From the NCBI GenBank assembly GCA_003344405.1, contig NOWV01000262.1, forward strand, positions 61,115 to 81,114: DNA of 20,000 nucleotides, read 5' to 3'. Made by a program: the position numbers and the translations under genes. A model generated the notes under the pieces. That model was not told the DNA's origin, made no database searches, and saw nothing but the letters and a program-made list of their open reading frames with translations. Below are positions 1 through 11,285 of this stretch, piece after piece. Each line of letters starts with the position of its first letter. Positions within the stretch are counted from its first letter, which is position 1. Origin of the DNA: Trichoplax sp. H2 (lineage: Eukaryota).

Positions 1-212
1 AAAGATTGACAGAACGAAATAAGGTAATTCAGCTCCTTAAAACATTTACGATTAATGACTTTGTAGAAATATAAGCTGTAAGTGCTTTACTGTAATATCA
101 GCAGCAAACGAAGAAACGAAAAATGCACTCAATAGAACCACAATATGCAATTCCATACAGTAATCGTAATAATTTAGCTAAATAGAGCTATAGCAATAAA
201 CGTAGTTTCTTA

Positions 213-1115
213 TCTATCCATAATAACGGAGAAACTACTAACTGTTTGCTAATGAGATACGTCTGTAATTTTCTGAGCGTAATAAACTGACGATTGTCTT
301 TCCGAAATCAGAGATTCGAGACTGCCGTAACGTAGCAATGGAAATTAGGTACATGTACTTAACGTGAGAATAGTTATAAAAACAATACATTGCTAAAGTA
401 TATTATATATCGTACTGTTATGGAATCCCTTTACAATATGCCATAGTAAGAAAGTGCAATGTAACTTAGTATCGTGATTGTAGACTGTTAGCTATGTTTA
501 GTATAATGTACGGTAGCGTAACTTCTACTTTTATCCTAAGAGATATTTGGTAGCTATAACTATAGACTGTAGTGGTATAGACTCTATGCTAGAGTACAGA
601 TGACTATATACAGTAAGGTGTTGAGCTACTAATAAGGTTATAAGTAAAAATAGAACTGTAAATCATGTATTAGGATATGGTTAATTGATTGTACTTTGGC
701 TGGTGTGAATAATGTCTATGTAAATACTGTAGTCGCATCCATATCGGATTAAGGATGGTCCGCAGTAGAATAGTGTTACTAAGATTAATTTAACTATGTG
801 TAAAATAAGGTAAAAGGTTACCATGCTGCGAAAGCAGCTGCGAATGCTACGAAAAGTATAAAAGCATGCAGCTATAGATTATTCTGTTAGTTCGTTGTAG
901 AAGTCTTTAGTAGTAGTATTCGGCTATAGTAGAGCTGTGTGTAGTTAATCTTTGTATAAGATTCAATAAAGCCCTTATTTTTGTAAAATTTGGAATTTCG
1001 TGACTGGTATATATCACACAAAGATTAATTAATTACAGAATGATCCCTTGTGATTGCAATTCTAATTGATGGTAGATTGTTAACTATTCTACATATGATT
1101 CCGTGGGTGGACACA
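213..1115 (+). mobile_element. Old solo-LTR-like element, family 3
   Basis: TATAAAA at 858, AATAAA at 965, ends GGACACA at 1115. Its last ~75 bp match the reverse complement of 9335-9410 (tgtgtcc..cacggaa...acaatctaccat..aatt.caatcaca). It abuts the 3' end of an LRR exon remnant. The left boundary is uncertain and no clean TSD is visible. Confidence 0.5.
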
Positions 1116-1559
1116 AGGTAGCTACTTAGACTATCCAGATTTGAACTTTGTTTATCTGATACACACAGTTTACTTTTTGGGGCTATCTAAAAGTAGCTGC
1201 TGTCCAGCCAAGTTAAAAGTCTCCTATTTTTACGTAAATTTAATTGTTTGAAAGAGAAGATAAATCATCAATAGTATCACTTATGAATGGTGACGGATAG
1301 TATAGGGGCACGATAGATTTCTAGGGAAATAAATTATTGTGTTACTTCTTAACTTAAAAAGCAATGGCCTTTAAGTTTCTGTAATGAGTTCAGAGATATT
1401 ACTTCCAAAAAATCTTGGAAACAAAACGGTTTACTTTGTGTCACTAATGCTACAAATTGATTTTTAATACGCTATAAGGTAGGTAAATAATTGCTAAAGA
1501 AATCAAATCTTCGCTAAACCTTAAGCGAACGCGATAAGAATATAAAACTCTATACTTAC

Positions 1560-1631
1560 AAGACGATCAACTCCGGATAGTCTACAAAGCTTCTCGTTTT
1601 AATTTTTCTAATACTGGTGTTGTTAATTATC
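1560..1631 (-). CDS. Single leucine-rich-repeat exon (72 nt, phase 2/2)
   Basis: ttccatag|g ATA ATT AAC...GTC TT|gtaagt encodes a 24-aa repeat, LIINNTSIRKIKTRSFVDYPELIV, matching the one-LRR-per-72-nt-exon layout of LGR genes. Confidence 0.85.
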
Positions 1632-2302
1632 CTATGGAATAGAATCAAAATTAGCAGTAAGTACTCTAGATTACAGTAGTAGCTGTTGTGATTTAATAGT
1701 AGACTATGCGTATCTGGTGTAGAATTTGAAAATTGTTAGTAAGATTTAAAATAAAATGTATCTAAAATCTTTTAGTTGGGTATCAGCAATTTACTGTATT
1801 TAAATGCTGTTAAGTACTAATAGTTAGAGTACCTAGAATTCACATAATTTAGGGCCCAAACGTATAAATTGCATGACAAAATTCAATATGAAACATGAAG
1901 ATATAACATATAAGATACAGTCTAATTGAACGTAACCCGAAATAAATGTGGATCACAGCGTTTAGTGATATGTAATTATACATTCTACTACAACTCTCGG
2001 TGATATCCTAAACATATGCTAATATTATACGGAATATAGTATAGCTTCAAATATTATATAATTGTTCTGTACTAAGATAGATAAGGTGTTATAGTGTTGA
2101 GCGTTCTATACATTAGCATCGTGCAATTACAATATGTATCAGTAGCTGCCGATATAGTAACAGATAGCTTTAATTCCTTTTACTATTTATACTTGTTACA
2201 GCCGGATAATAATTCGATTCATATAAAAAATAGATAGCAAAGTGATCTTAAACTTTAGTAAGTAAGAGCCAGAAGAGTTTTCGATATGCGAGTAATTCTT
2301 AC

Positions 2303-2423
2303 AGTGATTTCAAATTTCCAACGAAAGTAAACTTAATGTTGGGCAATTTAGTTAAGTCACTACGTGAGCAACTTATAGACCAACTGCTGCAGTTACAGAA
2401 ACTTGGGCAACCATCACTGGTTT
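2303..2423 (-). CDS. LRRNT (N-terminal cysteine cap) exon
   Basis: 121-nt open exon bounded by AG/GT encoding CPSFCNCSSWSISCSRSDLTKLP. Phases (1 in, 2 out) are compatible with exons 2603-2510 and 1631-1560. Confidence 0.85.
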
Positions 2424-3689
2424 CTGTTAGAAATGGCAACATAATATCAGTTGAGAATATAAGTAGAAAATGCAAGCAGATTGCTGATATTTTATGAATA
2501 GTAATATACTTGTAATTCCATGATCACATCTTGCTAATAACCAAATAATTGACATCAAATGGATATACAGGATCGGATACTTTGAATTCTGCTTGCTTTT
2601 CATTTCTGATAAGTAGCACCGGTATATCAAGAATTAATTTCTGTCATATAGTTTAAAGATATAAGATAGCAAGTATGATTATCTTATAAATTTCAAAATT
2701 AATACCGATAAAACTTTATCGTTATACTGTAGAAGCAAATTAAGTAAAATTTTTTGTAACTCTTAAAATTAGTAACCAGTCTCTTGTTTTCTTGACAGAG
2801 TGACGTCTGTAATCTTAGTCTACCTTAACTCGTTTCGTTCTAATCTCTCTCGGCCTAGCTTTACGAGATGATTAATTTGCCTATATCGGTCAGTATTTCG
2901 GCTTCTGGAATGGTTGAATAACAACTTTAACTTTGAATAATGATTTTGATAGATAAATGTCTGCATATTTTTACTATGCAATAAAGTAGCTAAACCAAAT
3001 TAATATTATTTAATTCTTACTGTTTCCTGCTGCTTTCGGCTCTTTCAAGAAAAATTTTCAATCTATTACTGTAGGCGGTATTGAAGAAAATTTCTAACCT
3101 TAATCTTTAGGCATAAATATAATCACAAAATGAGTAACTCAGTTATAGTTATACATTCTAGGGCATATAGAAAAGTTATCCGCGCAAATTGCTAGTTGCT
3201 TTATTGACGCTTATTTTTCGGAAATAAAGATTTCTGTCGAAGTGTTATTTTAATTGTGCCTTACATTCGAAAACCTATAGAAAGCGCTATTCACGTAAGT
3301 TATAAATTTTGTTTGACGTTGCTCATTTCTCAGCATTATATTAACAATAAAAAATCTCTTGAAATAATGTAACTATAGTTTTTTATTCTGTAGTCTATCC
3401 AAAATAAACTACAGTGCCTACTATAGTTATCATGAATTATAGATATAATATGGGATGTTGAACATTGCTCAATTAGCAAAATCTCAAATATCGAAAGTGT
3501 TTAGCAGCTGCCGGTACATTTTATTGTTCTCATGCATTATGAAATAAAATGTAAAGCCGCCATAATCTAGTCAATTCGTGTGATAAATTGAAACATGTAA
3601 TGATTGTAATTTCTTATCAATAATCTATTAGAAACAATATTATTGAAACTGCTATCGTAGTAGATATATAAATCTAAGCGTAAATATGA

Positions 3690-5195
3690 TCTATAGAGCT
3701 AGTGAAGACCTTACAATAGGATTTACAAATAGATCTATTCGATTTTAGAAAATAGGTACCGGTATTTTCAGATCTGCTAATAAAGGTTGACGAATTAGGG
3801 CGCTATTTTAATCTGTACATGGTCGATAAAAGCATTTTAGTGGCGTTTTACGATGAAGCTATACAATATGCTAAGTTAAGAGAAAATAAATTTTGATTTT
3901 TTTAAGATCGGCAGAGGCGATGAACACAATTTCTCTTTATGGTATTGTTACGCAGCCATGCTCCGAAATATTAATTGCTATGTTAATTAAAACATCTCAA
4001 TTAAATTATTGTTTGCTCCAGTATCTTATTAGATATTAATGTTTATTAATAAGTACTTGTTATTGCCAAGGTATCAGAAAGTTCAATATTGTTGACGTGT
4101 CGGAGCTAACACGCTTAGTCAGTAAACGTTAATTAATAACACCTTAAGTGTAAGGTGCAATTACTTTGCTGAGCCTTGAGGCTCTAGTTGCTATACTAGG
4201 ATATGTATACTGTACAGTGTAAATCGCTATGTCAAGAATATTCAAAAGTGTACCATCGACGTTGGCCGAGACTATAAAAAGCCGAGTACTAGCTTAGCTG
4301 CTCAGTTTCAGTTAGTCACTTGCAGGATCTATTGACCATTATTGCTAAGAATATTCTTACGCTTTTCTTTAGTACATTTTACGACTAAGTTTAGCGAAAA
4401 TAGAGAGAAGTATTTAAACCTATTACTCATTAGTAGCTTCTTTGTGTAGCTAAGAGTTAGTTCAGCTACGATAGGACCCTAAGTTAGTTGGGAACACGAG
4501 TACTAGTGAAGATAGTGTTTAAGACCCGATTTCTTGTTACAAAAGAGATTTGGATTTGTAACAAGTATCAATAAATCGAGTTATATCATAGGAGAAAATG
4601 GAAGCTTCAAGAATATTGAAAGATAATAGATTGAATTAACACTAGATTTTACCTGACGTGCAGTTGAGAAAGATGTTACTCGCATTATTAGTAAATTAGT
4701 CAACATGTATTGGGAGAATTAAGGATTGAGAAAATTGTAAACACATAAAAAATAATATGAGGCTAAAATTAAATTCTTCAGATTGCTTGTAAATTTTTGC
4801 TCCTCTAAAGGTTCGGGAACAAACTTTTTCAGGTAATTATACTTAATAAAATGTATAACTCACAACGTTGTGTTGGTAAAATTTCTTAAAGATGTGTCTC
4901 TCATTGCACTTTTATAGACCAGAAATTGTACTGGTTAAAACTAAATTTATAATATATTCTCCAATTTCAAAATAGCTTTGCCAAATATTTTTAGCCGCCG
5001 ATCTCATTCAAGAGCTTACTGCATTTTATGAAATAACTATAAAAGAAACAAAAATTAGAACAATTTTATCATATTTTTAGTCTATAGGAGGTAAATATAG
5101 TTAGTTGATCATGCTATTATTTACATCGCTTTAAATTACATTTAAAAGTAAGACAATCACTTGGATTTAGAAAGTTCAGATATGGAGAAAATTTT
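3690..5195 (+). pseudogene. Heavily decayed GPCR pseudogene, paralog of 13950-14960 (unit A), split by the solo LTR at 3946-4563
   Basis: Colinear fragments: SIRF*KIGT at 3734 (cf. CIPVGVVGT / SIPFAIGGF); FLFMVSINR across the LTR junction 3930-3945/4569-4579 (cf. FSLTAISFHR); FLAADL at 4988 (cf. CMAANL); YCIL*NNY at 5017 (cf. YYLLRNENF, CGA>TGA); HAIIYIALN at 5110 (cf. NPIFYISFD); MEKI near 5182 (cf. MQKL). Ends approximate. Confidence 0.65.
3946..4563 (+). mobile_element. Solo LTR, family 1 (618 bp)
   Basis: Termini TGTTAC...GTAACA; 5-bp flanks GGTAT (3941-3945) / AGTAT (4564-4568); TATAAAA at 4273; highly similar to the reverse complement of 7974-8557; no internal coding region. Confidence 0.88.
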
Positions 5196-5777
5196 TATCT
5201 AATTTTCTTAGATAACATCACTTAGAAGGCACTGATGATAAAAATACTCTAGAATAGCTTATGCAGTCGCTTACTATTTATTACAAAATGATAGTACCGG
5301 TAGGTGATGGTTATTTGAAAAATCAAACGTAAACTATCAGCATTACTTTAATGGATGGTTTTCAGCCGTTATTCTGAACTGAAAAGTAGCTCGATATTGC
5401 TAATAATTAAGGCACTGTCGTATTAATATTTAATCTAGAAAGGGATCTGTTACTACCATTTCCTCATGATAAACAGATCGGTAGTATACCGAATGGTAGT
5501 CATCATTTGCAATATAGTTCAGCCTATCTGAAGCGCTTCCAGATGTAGACTTCTTTCTTACTGTCATTTTAAAATCACGGTAAATAACGATATTACGAAA
5601 ACAGATAGATTGTAATAGAATAATTGCTGTATCAATAAAATAAAAATAGTGATCCATCAAAGAAAGAAAAATTCGGCATACTGTGTTGTAGTAAGTAATG
5701 TAATAAAACAGGACAGGCTTTATCGGAGACAATCATGATTGTTACAAAGTTTAAAATAGACCGAATTTTTTCTAGCA

Positions 5778-6035
5778 TGTTGAGGGTTTCATTTATAATA
5801 TGCGAAATTTATGATATAGAAAAGGTAAATGAAAGAGCTTATTAGTAAAACGAAGATTGTAGGCGAAATTAGTTTTTAAAGCTGAAATTTTAAGTCATAG
5901 TACTGTGTTTAATTACTTGTAGTGTGCCTTATATTGATTTGTAAGTTTATCTTTACCTAAAACATTCAGTCATGGAGCGTTTATTATTTATCAGTAACAT
6001 GACAACTACAGAGATAATGAAGACTGCGGTATACA
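5778..6035. mobile_element. Possible short LTR-like insertion in ICL3 of the LGR pseudogene
   Basis: TG...CA ends and 258 bp of non-homologous sequence between the TM5 and TM6 remnants. The start (tgttgagggttt..gcgaaat..tgat) resembles the start of 17879-18118. Flanks TAGCA/TTGCT match only 3/5. Confidence 0.3.
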
Positions 6036-7973
6036 TTGCTGGAATAAGTTAATTTTGCTTACTTTGATCTGCAAAACAGTGATTGTTACATTCGTATTGT
6101 CAAACGGTCGATCTCATACTATTCACATTGAGAAATGTAAATTCATACGTACGTGTTGGTCAATATAGCCATAAATGAGCAAAATACTGCGGGTTGATTT
6201 CTGCCTTTATTAAAACTGCAGTAGAAAAAAAATTTTCGCAACTTACGATTAGCCTTTCAACATCGATCTTGCTGACTTTAGTACTTGTCTTATTCTATCT
6301 CAAAATATACCGCTTTTGTAAGCTTGACTAAGCTGCTAGCGGTAGTAAACTAATTGATCTAGCCACGAATAAGTCTGTTTACATCGCCAGCATAGGTAAA
6401 CGGAGGATAAAGGAAAGCCAAGAAGCCTAACATCCATACATAAGAACCTGAATAAGGCGGTCGATTTTAAATTATCTATTTTGATAAAGTAAACTAATTA
6501 TTATTGTAGTCAGCAAGTACAAGGTTTTGTTATTGCAAGTATTTTCCATTCCAAATCTAAATCTTTAAGCTGAGTTCTACTTCTACCTCATTTATCTCGT
6601 ACAAAATATATTTGATTATTTCCATAACAGTTTTATTATAAAGTAAATTCTGATATGTGCTGTCCTAATTTGAGTAACATCAATGATTGCGATCATTTTT
6701 TAAGTGCAAATATTTGCAAACGAATATCATATTTCATTGTTTTTAGTTGGATACATTCATTTTGGAAGGTAACTTATCAGGAATTAACGTGCGCTAGATT
6801 TTTTCCAAGGCAATTATAATATCTGTAAACTGCTTCTCAGTAATATCAATGAGAAATCTGTCCAAGCATAGTCTTTCAAATTTTTTTTAATTTCAGTTGA
6901 GGCTTTACTGAATAATGCATAACAGGTAGAATTCATATCATTCCAACAATTATTAGAGATTGATTTCATTTTAAATTTTAGTGAAAAGGAAGTAGACATG
7001 ATAGTTTCATATTAAGCTTGGGTAGCAATAATGGTATGATAGTTATAATAAATAATTGCATAATTATCAGTATCAAAGTATGATATCAGTTTATTGTATT
7101 ATATTATTGATTACTACCCTAAAAAATAAAATTTTGTAGAGTTTAATTGTTAAAGATGAAGATGAAGGAGTAAAACATGGCGAACAATTGTCGTTAGGAT
7201 AGTTGAATATTTCTTAATTTGCTTAGGCAATTTTTAAATTGTCAAGGCGTCGTGCAAATTATGGAATAATGTATAAGAATGAGAATAATGACATTTCAAT
7301 TCTATATTACTCTCTAACAATTTTTTAAGACTTGCTCAGTCGCTAGATTTGAAGCTATTGTGCTATTTATAAATTGAAATATGTAATTTAAAGATCAAGC
7401 TACTGTAATCTAAACAAACTTTGATTGTACTTTCGTTGCTCTCTGATCAATTTAAGGGAATTATGACGAAAAGTAAAATTTGGGGAAACAATTGAACAAC
7501 AATTTGTTCAAAAATGTGAGAAAAATAGCTCAAATAACCCTTCAAATACTCAATTCTAAGTATCATAAGTTAAGAAATAAGAAAAAGACGATAGAACTAA
7601 ACGATCAACCATCAAATAACCGTACATAAAGAAAAAAATTTTCACTTACAGCTATTTAACCCCGAACGCCTATAAAATTCAACAAGTTCTTCAAAAAAAT
7701 CTTCTCGACTATTTACTCTAAATTTTCTGATTGCACTATCATTCTTAATCTTCGCAGAACCCTTAATGGTAATTAAAACTAACATGTACCACACAATCAT
7801 TCTTAGAATTAACTTAATGGTATAATCTAGCTGCAAATATAGTCTGGGCTGTTGCACCTGCAGTCTAAATTTTTTGTAATTGCTACTTATTTACAGTTAT
7901 ATGTAATTATAGCATAGTATAGCTAAAAGGGTAACAGCGATCTTAAACTGTTAATAAGAGATGAGTATTTGCT

Positions 7974-8557
7974 TGTTACAAATCTTCTTCTTTGTAACAA
8001 GAAACCGGGTCTTAAACACTATCTTCACTAGTACTTGTGTTCCCAACTAACTTAGGGACGTATCGTAGTTAAACTAACTCTCAGCTACACAAAAAGCTAC
8101 TATTGAGTAATAGGTTTAAATACTTTACTTTATTTTCGTTAACCTTAGTCGTAAAATGTAGTAAAGAAAAACGTAAGAATATTCTTAGCAATGATAGTCA
8201 ATAGATCCTGTAAATGACTAACTAGAACTGAGAAGCTAAGCTAGTGCTCCGCTTTTTATAGTCTCGCCGATGGTACACTTGTGAATGTTCTTGAAATAGC
8301 GGCTTACACTGTACAGTATACATATCCTAGTATAGCAACTAGAGCCTCAAGGCTCTGCAAAGTAATTGATCTTACAGTTAAGGTGTTATTAATTAACGTT
8401 TACAGACTAAACGTGTTAGCTCCGACATGTCAACAATATTGAACAAGTACTTATGAATAAACATTAATATCTAATAAGCTACTGGAGCAAACAATAATTT
8501 AAATGAGATATTTTAATTAACTTAGCAATTAATATTTCGGAGCATGGTTCCGTAACA
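7974..8557 (-). mobile_element. Solo LTR, family 1 (584 bp)
   Basis: Termini TGTTAC...GTAACA; perfect 5-bp TSD TTGCT (7969-7973 / 8558-8562); minus-strand TATAAAA (~8260-8254) and AATAAA (~8134-8129); inverted copy of 3946-4563. Confidence 0.92.
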
Positions 8558-9334
8558 TTGCTAAATCTGCAAGTAAATATTACCAATGCGATTAAAATTA
8601 TCTAGAAATATAGCTGGATTATGGTAAAGTTACGTACGGAATTGTATAACACAAGATTTATAATAAATGTAACTTTCCGTACTAGCTAAGTTGCATTTAA
8701 AGATTTATTACAAATAGATTGATTGCAAAATAGATACATATTTGGATAGCTTTATAATACCCTATGACATTGTGAATTACATAACCCTTATATTCCACGT
8801 AATTCTAATTTTTTCAATTCATAAAATTTTTAAGACATGTAAAATAACTTGGTTCTTTACGTATATTTTAAGATTATAAACAAGAGATATAACTATAACA
8901 ATCCTTAGTAAACTTAGGTTGATAATGATCACGTATAAAAATATGGGCGATATTAAGTGAGATTAACTATCGTATGTTACAAAGCAGCTTTGTTACAAGA
9001 TAACGTAATGCACGATCAATCAGTCAATTCCCTGAACCACGTATCAGGAAGCAGTATCGACTCTTTCAGGAACACTTTTCCTACACTAGTAGACTACAAA
9101 AAGACTTGGATGCCTCGTATCTTACGTTAAACACTAATCATAAGAACTAACTTTATTATACGATTTATTGCATTTATATACTCTTTTACAATAGCAAAAG
9201 ATGTCCTAGTTAGTAATATTAACATTGAAACCTGATAATGAATCAAAAGTTAATTTTATCTACAGCTACCTAATGAAGACAACAATATTTACAAATATAG
9301 ACATCGAATGACTAATACAAAATTTCAGATACAA

Positions 9335-10305
9335 TGTGTCCTATCACGGAACATTTCTACGATAATCTACAATCTACCATAAGTAAATTACAATCACAGT
9401 GATTTGAATTGTAAGAAGATTATTCTCGATTCTCTAATTAAACTACTAATTTCAGTAGGCTGTATATATCACTATAAAAGTTAGTGCTATATTTTAAATA
9501 TCACATATCTAAATTAGAAACTCTTTATATAAGGGTAAATCAACAATATCATCCTAACATAGATGTTTCTACTGTAATCTCGATATTACAGTGTGTAACT
9601 CCGTAGTATCATAAAAATATACTATTATTTGGAATACTAGACAATTGTATTCCAAGGCACATAGGGTTTAACACAGCGAGACCTTTAAAACTTACTAGAA
9701 AATTAATATCTAATTTTTTGTTGGCCAACACGCCGTTAATATAGGTTTCGGTAAGTATAAACGGTTTAACTACCCAAGTCACCTCGCTTATTAGAAATTA
9801 ACCAAATTAATATCCTAAAGAGATTCTATCTGTTCAGATTAGATACAGTCTAGTCCTATTAAATTTACTGTAAGGGTATTAAGATAATCATTGCTTGTTA
9901 ATAGTTCAACAGATACGTATAAAGCTATCCTACTAAGGCATTTCCTCTAAACTTAGGAATTGTACTTTGGATCTTAACAACTTTGGAGGTGATAGATACG
10001 ATCAGTTAAGCAGGTTGTCAATTGCTATTTTAGTCTATCTAATCTTAAATTAAGGATATCAACTGTTAATTACTAAAATTACAATTAAGGAGAGCGTAAC
10101 ACATTACTGAGATATAAACATATATAGAACGTAACATAGAAATAAAGTATACGTTACGGAGATTATATCCGTGGCACTCTTATGTAACTGAATCTGAAGA
10201 CTAATTCGAAATATCGCAAATACTAAAATCTTAGTTATGTTATACTATCTTATCCGTTAGAAGAAGCCATGGTCAAATGCAAAGATCCAATAATTATTGG
10301 ATACA
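9335..10305 (-). mobile_element. Old solo-LTR-like element, family 3
   Basis: Termini TGTGTCC...GGATACA (6/7 inverted). Shares terminal sequence with 1040-1115 and the motifs ccgtaacgta and taacgga with 225-335. It interrupts LRR remnants. TSD not clearly recognisable. Confidence 0.5.
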
Positions 10306-10811
10306 AAAAGCCATTTCGTTTTATCGTGCATGAGTTTCAAATAGTAATAGACAGATTTTAGAACTCTTAAAAATGTTTGAGAATTCTTATGTAAATAAGT
10401 CGCAGCCAAAACAATAATATTCATTGATAGTCTATGATTAGTGTTCGTGCCAACATATGGTTTGAACCTAGATGAGATTAATTTACGATAATGTCGCTGA
10501 CAACAAAGCCGTTTATTTTATTATCAAAGATGCTTATCAAACAGTACGATTTTTGTCTTATATGAAATTGACTTTGAAGACTACCACAATTATGGAATAT
10601 AGTTCAATACAAATCAAAGTTATTTTATTTTGGCATCCTTTTACAACACATTACAGTGCTTATTAACGTATCTAAAACTGTTTTATCTAATTAAAATTCT
10701 TCATTTTACATTTAATATTCATATTAAAAATAGAAATTCATATAATGGTTTATAATTACAAGATTTATCGGTCAAGAAAGAATCAACTGGAACAAGAATC
10801 TAAAGTGATAT

Positions 10812-11285
10812 TGTCACAACCGAGTTTGCAAAACAAAAATTAACAAGATTCTTTCCTCTAATGTAATCTTAATATCTAAGCAACTCTAAGCACTTTTCAA
10901 TCTACCCAACTTAGATTCGAGTCTTAGACTATAGAATACTCATGTTAAGAATCAAAACTTTGTTCTAAAAGCTATGTATTAAAATGACTGATTGATCTCA
11001 CAACTTCCAATCTACTACTAACAGCTGATAATCATCTGTTATCGACTAATTTACTGGCTCTCTCAATTAAGAACTTAGAGGCTTTTATATAGCCTCACAA
11101 ACTTCGTTAGTCCAAAAAAATGATAAATTGATAGCCAAGTCTACATACTGAATATAGCAAGAATCACAACACACTTTCTATGACATTTAATAGTAGTCAA
11201 TTAATGCCTAGGCGTTAACATATGATTCATTACTGAATAAAATTATGCCATTGATGACGCAATAATTAATTAATTGTCCCAGACA
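10812..11285 (-). mobile_element. Diverged solo LTR related to family 2
   Basis: Termini TGTC...GACA. Both ends resemble the reverse complement of 18311-18903 (tgtcacaacc vs tgtcataacc; ctctaatgtaat..cttaa vs ctctagtgtagttgcttaa; caataattaatta..gtcccagaca vs caattacttaatta..gtaccgcgaca). Minus-strand TATATAAAA at ~11091-11083. Flanks GATAT/TATAC match only 3/5. Confidence 0.55.

Larger units (their letters stand above)
14..2603 (-). pseudogene. Multi-exon signal peptide + LRRNT + LRR gene (likely LRR-GPCR ectodomain), 5' exons clean, later exons degenerate; probably runs off the window's left edge
   Basis: Exon 1, 2603-2510: MKSKQNSKYPILYIHLMSIIWLLARCDHGIT, signal-like, GT donor. Exon 2, 2423-2303: TSDGCPSFCNCSSWSISCSRSDLTKLPNIKFTFVGNLKSL, LRRNT CPxxCxC..C..L..LP, with CAG acceptor and GTAAGA donor. 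Exon 3, 1631-1560: a 72-nt phase-2 LRR exon, IINNTSIRKIKTRSFVDYPELIVL, with TAG/GTAAGT. Degenerate LRR exons follow at ~1413-1345 (NISELITET*RPLLFKL), ~1320-1235 (IYRAPILSVT/DTIDDLSSL), ~1176-1116 and ~90-14 (KVINRKCFKELNYLIS). Confidence 0.8.

Noticed and set aside
1632..2302. LTR inside the long second intron of the unit A gene
   Set aside because: A TATA-like motif near 2222 is present, but I found no convincing TG...CA ends with a TSD.
2427..2630. ORF resembling GPCR TM2 (ARCDHGITSILLF vs IACDGISSIQFF)
   Set aside because: Better explained as a signal-peptide exon (ATG at 2603) reading on into an intron. It splices in phase to an unambiguous LRRNT exon.
5729..5742. 14-bp palindrome ACAATCATGATTGT (also the AAGGGCT-gat-AGCCCTT hairpin at ~16239-16255)
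   Set aside because: Isolated short palindromes are expected in AT-rich DNA, and there is no supporting context.
3946..8557. One foldback/Mutator-like or Polinton-like element with ~600-bp TIRs
   Set aside because: Each arm has its own TSD, the outer flanks (GGTAT vs TTGCT) do not match, and the interior is host receptor pseudogene sequence with no transposase.
10472..10666. 64-aa plus-strand ORF as a gene
   Set aside because: No recognisable features, and the opposite strand carries LRR remnants (NKITLI, IFHNCGSLQ, HLGSNH).
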